Shown here: in pieces, positions 1-6,838 of the stretch
How the letters are laid out: every line of letters begins with the position of its first letter
Numbering within the stretch: the stretch's first letter is position 1
DNA from: Myxococcota bacterium
Lineage (GTDB): Bacteria > Myxococcota > UBA4151
Length of the DNA stretch: 17,542 nt
Direction: 5' to 3'
Assembly (NCBI GenBank): GCA_036338695.1
Contig: JAYZBQ010000069.1
Coordinates: forward strand, 1-17,542
The notes under the pieces: model-generated
The model's database searches: none
Told to the model about the DNA's origin: nothing
What the model saw: the letters and a program-made list of their open reading frames with translations, nothing else
Program-made: the position numbers and the translations under genes

Positions 1-68
1 AGCCAGAGGCTGACCTTGGTGAGTTGCTCGCTGCGGCGATCGCTGAGATGACAGGCGGGAAGCGCTGA
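1..68 (+). CDS. ruvA: 3' end of probable Holliday junction branch migration protein RuvA (partial)
   Basis: The frame starting at base 3 reads [21 protein letters not shown] (TGA 66-68), an amphipathic helix like the RuvA domain III C-terminus. It ends 1 nt before the ruvB ATG. Identity is mostly inferred from ruvAB synteny. Confidence 0.65.
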   Translation, partial: PEADLGELLAAAIAEMTGGKR

Positions 69-69
69 G

Positions 70-1095
70 ATGTCGGATCAGATCCTTGCAGCGGAGCTCG
101 AAGGGGGCGCAGGGGGGCTTGAGAAGGCGCTTCGGCCGCGTGGGTTCGATGACTACATCGGCCAGCCAGAGATCAAGGAGAACCTCGGCGTCTTCGTCGA
201 CGCCGCTCGCCAGCGGCGCAGCGCGCTGTGTCATGTTTTGCTGCACGGTCCCCCTGGCCTCGGAAAGACGAGCCTCGCCCACGTCGTCGCACGCGAGATG
301 GAGGCGGAGCTGGTGGTCACCTCGGGCCCGTCGCTTGAGCGGCAGGGTGACCTGGCTGGTATCCTGACCGGCTTAGAGCACGGCTCGATCCTCTTTATCG
401 ACGAGATCCATCGCTTGAGTCCTGTGGTGGAGGAGAACCTCTATTCGGCGATGGAAGACTTCCGGTTTGACGTCGTCATCGGCGATGGGCCGGGCGCACG
501 CACGGTCCCGATCACGCTGGAGCCGTTCACGCTCATTGGCGCCACCACGCGCACCGGCTTGTTGACCGGTCCGCTACGAGATCGGTTCGGCTACACGGCT
601 CGACTCGAGTATTATGACGTCCCCGATCTGCAATTCATTATCGAGCGCGCAGCCGGGCTGCTGGGCGTCTCGATCGACCCTCAAGCGACGCAAGAGCTTG
701 CGACGCGTTCGCGCGGGACCCCCCGGATTGCGAACCGGCTTCTGCGGCGAGTTCGGGATTATGCCGAAGTGGTCGGCGGTGGCACGATCGACGTGGAGAT
801 CACGCGCCACGCCTTGACGCGACTCGGCGTGGATCCGCTCGGCTTGGACCGCCTGGATCTGAGTTATCTGGAGATGCTGATCGAGCAGTTCCGGGGTGGA
901 CCGGTGGGAATTGAGACGCTGGCGGCGGCGGTCGGTGAGCAGGCCGATACGCTCCAAGATGTCTGCGAGCCCTACCTCATGAAGCTCGGCTTTTTGCAGC
1001 GAACGCCGCGCGGGCGAATGGCGGCCGCGCGTGCGTTTGCGCACTTGGGTCATGATGCCTTAGCGCCCGATCAGGAAAAACTGCCCAATATTTAG
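70..1095 (+). CDS. ruvB: Holliday junction branch migration helicase RuvB
   Basis: LRP..F.DYIGQ N-terminus, Walker A GPPGLGKT, Walker [37 protein letters not shown] and RTPRGR motifs. Confidence 0.98.
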   Translation: MSDQILAAELEGGAGGLEKALRPRGFDDYIGQPEIKENLGVFVDAARQRRSALCHVLLHGPPGLGKTSLAHVVAREMEAELVVTSGPSLERQGDLAGILTGLEHGSILFIDEIHRLSPVVEENLYSAMEDFRFDVVIGDGPGARTVPITLEPFTLIGATTRTGLLTGPLRDRFGYTARLEYYDVPDLQFIIERAAGLLGVSIDPQATQELATRSRGTPRIANRLLRRVRDYAEVVGGGTIDVEITRHALTRLGVDPLGLDRLDLSYLEMLIEQFRGGPVGIETLAAAVGEQADTLQDVCEPYLMKLGFLQRTPRGRMAAARAFAHLGHDALAPDQEKLPNI

Positions 1096-1165
1096 GCTGT
1101 TATATCGGGCGTTGATGTCCGACCCGACGCCTTTGCGGCGCAGAAGACGCCTTATTCCACAGTTT

Positions 1166-1178
1166 TATCAGCTTCTTA
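1166..1178. promoter_or_regulatory. Putative IHF binding site upstream of lpxC
   Basis: TATCAGCTTCTTA matches WATCARNNNNTTR. It lies in an AT-rich patch ~30 bp upstream of a sigma54-type motif. Confidence 0.45.
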
Positions 1179-1205
1179 GTGCGATTACGACGAATGACGT
1201 AGGCG

Positions 1206-1221
1206 CGGCACGAACCTTGCT
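1206..1221 (+). promoter_or_regulatory. Putative sigma54 (-24/-12) promoter for lpxC
   Basis: CGGCACGAACCTTGCT has GG(1207-1208)-N10-GC(1219-1220) and matches TGGCACG-N4-TTGCW except at the first base. It is intergenic and ~46 nt before the probable start codon. Confidence 0.6.
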
Positions 1222-1266
1222 GTCAAACGTGCCGAAGACAAGTGTGCGTTGTATGGGAGCTGCCCG

Positions 1267-2184
1267 GTGATTCGCCAAAAGACCATCAGTCGTTCGATCT
1301 CGGTGACAGGCATCGGCCTGCACTCGGGGCGTCCGATTACTCTGCGGATGACGCCCGCTGCGGTGGGCACCGGGATCGTGTTTCTGCGCAACGACCTTGA
1401 CCGCTCGCTACCGATCGAGGCGCGCTACGACCGCGTGGTCGACACCCGGATGTGCACATGCCTTGGACGTGACGGCGCCATCGTCAGCACAGTGGAGCAC
1501 CTCATGGCGGCGCTCTACGGTTTGGGCGTCGACAACCTGATGATCGATCTTGATGGGCCTGAGGTGCCGATTTTAGACGGTTCCTCTCAGGGGTGGGTTG
1601 ACCACCTTCTTGAGGCGGGGCTGGTCGAGCAGCGTCGAGCGCGCAAGGTGGTCGTCGTGCGGCGTCCGGTGGAGGCGCGTATGGGCGACGCTGTGGCGCG
1701 CCTCGAACCCAGCAGCCGCTTCCGAGTCACCGCCAGCATCGACTTTGACCATGCGTTGATCGCTCGGCAGGCTTACACCTTTGACTTTGGCGCGACCGGC
1801 TTTGTCCAAGAGATTAGCAAGGCGCGAACGTTCACCTTCAAGCGTGAGGTGGACTATCTGCGAAGCCAGGGGCTTGCCCAGGGTGGTAGCCTCGAGAACG
1901 CGATCGTCGTCGATGACTTCAACATCCTCAACCCCGAGGGGTTGCGCTATCGAGATGAGTTCGTACGGCATAAGATTCTGGACGCGATCGGTGACTTGGC
2001 GCTGAGCGGAGAGCAGGTGATCGGTCACCTGATCCTCGAGAAGAGCGGGCACGCGCTGAACAACCGTCTGGTGCACGAACTCTTCAGCGATGAGCGGAAC
2101 TTTCGGCGTATTCAAGCTGCTGAACCCTATGAGGTCGACAACGGCGCCAGCGCACTCCCGGTTTTGGCACCAAGCGCTTCTTGA
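1267..2184 (+). CDS. lpxC: UDP-3-O-acyl-N-acetylglucosamine deacetylase LpxC
   Basis: GIGLHSG, STVEHLMAAL, EVPILDGSS, ARTF, GGSLENA and EFVRHKILDAIGDL motifs. The start is moved from 1249 to GTG 1267 (MIRQKTI, like the typical LpxC N-terminus), with GGGAG SD at 1255-1259. Confidence 0.97.
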   Translation: MIRQKTISRSISVTGIGLHSGRPITLRMTPAAVGTGIVFLRNDLDRSLPIEARYDRVVDTRMCTCLGRDGAIVSTVEHLMAALYGLGVDNLMIDLDGPEVPILDGSSQGWVDHLLEAGLVEQRRARKVVVVRRPVEARMGDAVARLEPSSRFRVTASIDFDHALIARQAYTFDFGATGFVQEISKARTFTFKREVDYLRSQGLAQGGSLENAIVVDDFNILNPEGLRYRDEFVRHKILDAIGDLALSGEQVIGHLILEKSGHALNNRLVHELFSDERNFRRIQAAEPYEVDNGASALPVLAPSAS

Positions 2185-2321
2185 CCGACCCGGATGGGTC
2201 TGGCAGTGACGTCGTGACGGCACGTCAACCCGCCTCGAGGTGAGCGGCTGCCGTCTCCCCACAATCCATGTCGTTCTGGGCGGATGCCTTCAGAGCGCGC
2301 ACACCATAGAATGGGCAGTCC

Positions 2322-3977
2322 ATGTCAGAAGAGACCCCCGCGTCGCCTACCGTCGAGGTAGAAGCACCTGCTAAACCCAAGCGCCGCACGCGCTCCAAAA
2401 AGGGAGCTGCCGGTGAGGGGGCTTCCGAGGCGGCGCCCAAGCCAGAGGCTTCCGAGGCTTCCAGCAAGCGGACCGAGGCGGCGGCTACGCCCGATGCGGC
2501 AGCCGCGTCATCAGGCGACGGCGGGAAGAGTGAGTCGGATCAAGGCGCCTCGGAGGGCGGTCGAGACCGAAACCGTCGCCGCAGCCGAAACAACCGCAAC
2601 AACCGAAGCCATGAAGGCAACCGCCGAGGGCGTCGTCGCCGTCGTCGAGGGGGCGGATTGCCGGAGATGGAGGACATCCAGCCCGACGCCGACCTGCCCG
2701 AGGTCGTCGCCACTGCCTGCGGTGAGCAGGTGGTGATGGCGCAAGTGCTTCAGATGAAGACGCGTGAGTTGACCAAGATGGCGAAGGACCTGAAGGTGGA
2801 GGACCCCGACGATTACCGTTGGGCCGAGCTGGTCGCGGTGGTTCTTGAGTCGCACTACGAGGCTGGCGGCCGCATTGCAGCCGATTGCGTGGTGGAGGTG
2901 CTCCCGGAGCGCTACGGCATGCTCCGGTTTCATCACAACGACTACACGCGCAGCGACTGGGATATCTACGTCTCGCCGAGTATGGTGCGCCGCTACAACC
3001 TGAAAACGGGTGACTCCATTAAGGGGTTCATTCGGCCTCCGAAGGAGGGCGAAAAGCTCTGGGCTTTGCTCAAGATTGAGGCGGTCACCGGCGATGATCC
3101 GTTGAGTAACCGCTTCAAGCTCGGGTTTGATAACCTGACGCCGCTTTACCCGGAGGAGCGCCTCCACCTCGAGACGCTGCCGGACGCGATGGCGAGCCGA
3201 ATTATCGATCTGCTCGTACCCATTGGCAAAGGTCAGCGCGCGCTGGTCGTTGCCCCGCCGCGAGCGGGGAAGACCGTGCTGCTTCAAGATTTGGCGCGCA
3301 GCGTCGCAACCAACCATCCCGAGGCGCACTTGATCGTCTTGTTGGTTGATGAGCGTCCCGAAGAGGTGACGGACATGGTCCGGTCGGTCCGGGGTGAGGT
3401 GATCTCATCGACCTTCGATGAGCCGGCTGCGCGCCACGTCCAGGTGGCCGAGATGGTGATTCAAAAGGCCAAGCGGCTGGTGGAACACAAGCAGGACGTC
3501 GTGATCTTGTTGGATTCGATCACCCGGTTGGCTCGCGCGTACAACCAGGTCGTCCCAGCCTCTGGCAAGATCCTGACGGGCGGTGTGGACTCCAACGCGC
3601 TGCAGAAGCCCAAGCGCTTTTTCGGCGCCGCACGGAACATCGAAGAGGGTGGCTCCCTGACCATCATTGCGACGGCGTTGATCGACACGGGCTCACGCAT
3701 GGACGAGGTGATCTTTGAGGAGTTCAAAGGCACCGGGAACTCAGAGATTCATCTGGACCGCAAGCTCATGGAGAAGCGGATCTTCCCGTGTCTCGACATC
3801 AACAAGAGCGCCACGCGTAAAGAGGAGCTGCTCATCGACGAGGTCAGCTTGAACCGTGTGTGGATTCTGCGGCAGCTGCTTCACCCGCTCAACGTGATCG
3901 ACTCGATGGAGTTCCTGCTGAGCAAGCTCAAGAGCACGAAGTCCAACCGAGAGTTCTTGGATTCGATGAATGGTTAA
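2322..3977 (+). CDS. rho: Transcription termination factor Rho with N-terminal low-complexity extension
   Basis: DIYVSPS..RR..LKTGD RNA-binding domain, PIGKGQR, P-loop [40 protein letters not shown] and FEEFKGTGN motifs. Confidence 0.98.
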   Translation: MSEETPASPTVEVEAPAKPKRRTRSKKGAAGEGASEAAPKPEASEASSKRTEAAATPDAAAASSGDGGKSESDQGASEGGRDRNRRRSRNNRNNRSHEGNRRGRRRRRRGGGLPEMEDIQPDADLPEVVATACGEQVVMAQVLQMKTRELTKMAKDLKVEDPDDYRWAELVAVVLESHYEAGGRIAADCVVEVLPERYGMLRFHHNDYTRSDWDIYVSPSMVRRYNLKTGDSIKGFIRPPKEGEKLWALLKIEAVTGDDPLSNRFKLGFDNLTPLYPEERLHLETLPDAMASRIIDLLVPIGKGQRALVVAPPRAGKTVLLQDLARSVATNHPEAHLIVLLVDERPEEVTDMVRSVRGEVISSTFDEPAARHVQVAEMVIQKAKRLVEHKQDVVILLDSITRLARAYNQVVPASGKILTGGVDSNALQKPKRFFGAARNIEEGGSLTIIATALIDTGSRMDEVIFEEFKGTGNSEIHLDRKLMEKRIFPCLDINKSATRKEELLIDEVSLNRVWILRQLLHPLNVIDSMEFLLSKLKSTKSNREFLDSMNG

Positions 3978-4026
3978 TGCCTAATTTTTGGGCGGTGTGT
4001 GGTCACTCGTGTCGCTTGGTGGGTTG

Positions 4027-4039
4027 TAAGTCATTGAAA
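4027..4039. promoter_or_regulatory. Putative IHF binding site
   Basis: TAAGTCATTGAAA matches the reverse complement of the IHF consensus (YAANNNNTTGATW) with one mismatch. It lies 20 bp upstream of a sigma54 motif, the usual location. Confidence 0.55.
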
Positions 4040-4057
4040 ACGAAGCTTCATAGCGCA

Positions 4058-4074
4058 TTGGCACAGGCGTTGCG
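4058..4074 (+). promoter_or_regulatory. Sigma54 (-24/-12) promoter
   Basis: TTGGCACAGGCGTTGCG = TGGCAC-N5-TTGC, with GG 4060-4061 and GC 4072-4073 exactly 10 nt apart. Predicted +1 is near 4083-4085. Confidence 0.75.
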
Positions 4075-4124
4075 ACTTCTTAAGGTGAAGCTCGGCACTT
4101 TACCTATTTCAAACGGACTCGGGT

Positions 4125-4140
4125 ACACACACACACACAC
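4125..4140 (+). repeat. (AC)8 dinucleotide tract
   Basis: ACACACACACACACAC read directly. It is the only long simple repeat noticed in the window. Confidence 0.95.
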
Positions 4141-4151
4141 CGCTGAACTTC

Positions 4152-4189
4152 GACACTTTGAACCGGGTGACCGGTTCTTAGTGTTTTTT
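4152..4189 (+). terminator. Intrinsic terminator
   Basis: ACACT-TT-GAACCGG-GTGA(GNRA loop)-CCGGTTC-TT-AGTGT, running into T6 (4184-4189). Confidence 0.7.
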
Positions 4190-4203
4190 GAGCGAGCTTC
4201 TCG

Positions 4204-5655
4204 ATGACGACGCGCATTGTGATCTCAACGATACCGGGTGAGATGCGCGTGGCGCAGCTTGAGGACGCTCGCACTGTGGATCTGCAGGTTGAGCGCCGTC
4301 ACGAGCGATCGGGTGTTGGTAACATCTATCTGGGCACCGTGGCGCGCGTGCTGCCGGGGATGCAGGCGGCGTTTGTGGACATCGGCCTCGCTAAGGCGGG
4401 CTTCCTTTACGTCGCCGATCTAGCCGGTGATCATGACGAGGAGACGCGCTCGCGCATCGAAGATGTGATCCAGCCGGGCGACACGCTCTTGGTCCAGGTT
4501 CAGAAGGCGCCGATCTCGACCAAGGGGGCGCGGCTGACCTGCCAGATCAGCCTGCCGGGACGTCATCTGGTGATGATGCCGACGAGTGATCACATCGGGA
4601 TCAGCAGGCGACTCGAGGACGAGGCGGAGCGTGATCGGCTGCGCGACCTGATCCTGACGCACCGCTCGACAGCGGCGACGGGCTACATCGCACGAACCGC
4701 AGCGGACGGAGCGGACGAGCAGGCGATCCGCCGGGACATCGTCTTCCTCGATCGCCTCTGGAGGGTGATCCGAGAGACCATGAAGACCGCTGCGGTCCCG
4801 AGCTTGATCTGGGAAGATCTACCTCTTCACCTCCGGACACTACGGGACATCAGCTCCGACGGGCCGGTCGAGATCCTCTGTGATGACCCTGAGCTCTGTG
4901 AGGAGGTGACCGCCTTTTTGGCGCGGCTGGAACCGGAGCAGTCGATCGACGTGCACCTCTGGCGTGGCCGCGAGTCGATCTGGGATCATTTTGGCGTCGG
5001 TGACGAGATGCGGCGCGCACTGGGGCGGAAGGTGTGGCTCAAGTCGGGTGGCTCGATCATCATCGACCAGGCCGAGGCCTTGACCGCGATCGACATCAAC
5101 ACCGGCTCCTACGTGGGGCAGTCCAACCCGGCGGAGACGATCCTTCGAACCAACCTCGAGGCGATCCCCGAGATCGTTCATCAGCTGCGCTTACGAAATC
5201 TCGGTGGGATGATCATCATCGATTTTATCGATATGGAGGCCGAGGCACACCGTACGATGGTGACGGACGCGCTTGAACAAGCCCTCAAGCGCGACCCGGG
5301 GCGCACGCAAGTGCACGCCATGACAGGCTTGGGGTTGGTTGAGCTGACCCGCAAGCGGGTGCGAGAGAGCCTCGGTCGACAGCTGTCGGAGCCGTGCTTT
5401 TATTGCGACGGTCGGGGTGTACTCCAGAGCCGGCTGACGACCGCCTTTGAGGTGTTCCGAGATTTTGCCGTGCGGAGCACCGTGACCGACGCACCGGCGC
5501 TGGTGGCGAATGTTCACCCAGAGGTCCATGACCTCATCTTGGATCAGCTGCCTGAGTCGCTAGCCGAGCTGTCGGAGCGCCTCGGCAAGGAGCTGAGGGT
5601 GCAACCCAAGGGAAGCTACCATCTCGAGCAGTTTGACGTGTATGCAGCAAAGTAA
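4204..5655 (+). CDS. rng: Ribonuclease G (Rne/Rng family)
   Basis: S1 domain GNIYLG.V.RVLPGMQAAFVDIG, KGARLT, catalytic AIDINTG and GGMIIIDFIDM, Zn-link C..C.G (CFYCDG). 483 aa, with no RNase E C-terminal scaffold. Confidence 0.93.
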   Translation: MTTRIVISTIPGEMRVAQLEDARTVDLQVERRHERSGVGNIYLGTVARVLPGMQAAFVDIGLAKAGFLYVADLAGDHDEETRSRIEDVIQPGDTLLVQVQKAPISTKGARLTCQISLPGRHLVMMPTSDHIGISRRLEDEAERDRLRDLILTHRSTAATGYIARTAADGADEQAIRRDIVFLDRLWRVIRETMKTAAVPSLIWEDLPLHLRTLRDISSDGPVEILCDDPELCEEVTAFLARLEPEQSIDVHLWRGRESIWDHFGVGDEMRRALGRKVWLKSGGSIIIDQAEALTAIDINTGSYVGQSNPAETILRTNLEAIPEIVHQLRLRNLGGMIIIDFIDMEAEAHRTMVTDALEQALKRDPGRTQVHAMTGLGLVELTRKRVRESLGRQLSEPCFYCDGRGVLQSRLTTAFEVFRDFAVRSTVTDAPALVANVHPEVHDLILDQLPESLAELSERLGKELRVQPKGSYHLEQFDVYAAK

Positions 5656-6838
5656 CGAGCCCGCAGCCTTGTTGACCATGTTCTCGCCGCTTCCCGGTAG
5701 TGGGGCATCGGCTCGCTCGCTTTACGCGCTGGCCCGGCTCATGCGGCGCTGGATGCACATCGACGTCATCGCGCCTCGGCGGCGCGGTCAGCGCTACACG
5801 GAGTCAAACGGTGAGGGGCGGGTCTACCGTGTCCCGCTCGGTGGGGTCGATTACGGTCCAGACGCTGAAGGGCGTTTTTTGCGCGCCGTCCAGCGGCAGC
5901 TTCGGGCGCAGCCCTATGACGTCGTGGTGGCAGGCGACCCGTTGAGCGTCTTGGCGGCTCGGCACGCCGGGGTGGATGATCTCAAGATCGTGTACTGCTT
6001 GCGCGAGCTGCGCTCAGCCGAGCTCACCGACTTTGGTCCGCGCCTGCGACAGGCGCTCGGCGTCGCCGACAAAATCGTCCTGCCGACGGAGGCGGCGCGC
6101 GATGCGCTCATCACCTCCGGTCTGGAGGCGTCCCGGCTGGAGGTCGTTCCACCTTATCTCGAGCTGCGTTCGTTGATCGCAACCGAGCGGCATCCGTTTC
6201 GTCAGCGGTTGGTGTTGTTAGGCGTCGATCGACCTCAGCGGCTCGTATCGGTCTCTGCTCAGCTGCTCGACGCGCTGCCGGCAGAGTGGTCTTTGATCGT
6301 GCCGAGCGATGGGGGTCAGACCCGAGAAGAATTGAAGATGTTGGGGGAGGGTTCCGAGCCCACTCGACTTCAGCTGCCCCTGGCGTGGCCACCGCAGCGT
6401 TGGGGGCGTCACCTCGCTCGAGGGGGGGTCGCGCTCGTGTTCGAGCGTGATGAGGCGAACATGGAGCTGGATTTGCCGTGTGGTGATCGTCTGCTCGCGC
6501 GCGCAGCCGGGCTACCGGTGGTGGTCGTGCCGGACGATGGGACCGCTGCGGACATCCTCGAGGCGGTCGGCGAGCATGAGCAGACCGACTCGCCTGAGCC
6601 GAGTGACCTCGGTACGTGGCCACGGCTGGCTGATCTTTTGGCGCAGTGGGCTGGGATTATGGGCGTCACGCCCGAGCTTCTGGATGAGGCGGTGAGTGAC
6701 GAAGCCACCGCGAGTGACTCGTACCGTGGTAGCGGGACGGCGACGCGCACGGACTGGGTGGAGACGGACTTGAGCCGGGCGGACTCGACCAGCAGCTCGT
6801 ATGAGCTCAGTCAGAACACCGGGGTGCACTCCGACTGA
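5642..6838 (+). CDS. GT4 (GT-B fold) glycosyltransferase-like protein, degenerate C-terminal domain, acidic Ser/Thr tail
   Basis: The N-terminal half resembles the GT4 N-domain (G.....ALAR...HIDVIAP, RVYRVP, YDVVV, ADKIVLPTEAARDAL...G...RLEVVPP), and an AAGLPVV motif follows. ATG 5642 is preferred over TTG 5633 and overlaps the rng stop. Confidence 0.6.
   Translation: MQQSNEPAALLTMFSPLPGSGASARSLYALARLMRRWMHIDVIAPRRRGQRYTESNGEGRVYRVPLGGVDYGPDAEGRFLRAVQRQLRAQPYDVVVAGDPLSVLAARHAGVDDLKIVYCLRELRSAELTDFGPRLRQALGVADKIVLPTEAARDALITSGLEASRLEVVPPYLELRSLIATERHPFRQRLVLLGVDRPQRLVSVSAQLLDALPAEWSLIVPSDGGQTREELKMLGEGSEPTRLQLPLAWPPQRWGRHLARGGVALVFERDEANMELDLPCGDRLLARAAGLPVVVVPDDGTAADILEAVGEHEQTDSPEPSDLGTWPRLADLLAQWAGIMGVTPELLDEAVSDEATASDSYRGSGTATRTDWVETDLSRADSTSSSYELSQNTGVHSD

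Larger units (their letters stand above)
4083..4189 (+). ncRNA. Candidate sigma54-dependent small RNA (~105 nt), or attenuated leader of rng
   Basis: Begins at the predicted +1 with an 8-bp hairpin (AGGTGAAG 4083-4090 / CTTTACCT 4098-4105), followed by a single-stranded region with (AC)8 and a terminator hairpin with a U-tract. No known family recognised. Confidence 0.6.

Noticed and set aside
1153..1161. DnaA-box-like TATTCCACA upstream of lpxC
   Set aside because: A single copy with one mismatch to TTWTNCACA. There is no box cluster or unwinding element, so it is not an origin.
2187..2227. Short inverted repeats after lpxC (GACCC/GGGTC; TGACGT/ACGTCA)
   Set aside because: The stems are 5-6 bp with no U-tract, which is too little to call a terminator or operator.
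3978..4189. Possibility that the rho-rng spacer is 6S RNA or Pxr
   Set aside because: The predicted rod lacks a clear symmetric central bubble, and I cannot verify sequence similarity to either family by eye. It is left unnamed pending an Rfam search.
3860..4207. 115-aa ORF spanning the rho-rng spacer (contains THTHT from the AC repeat)
   Set aside because: It overlaps rho out of frame, has no SD or recognisable motif, and crosses promoter and terminator signals. The region is better explained as non-coding.
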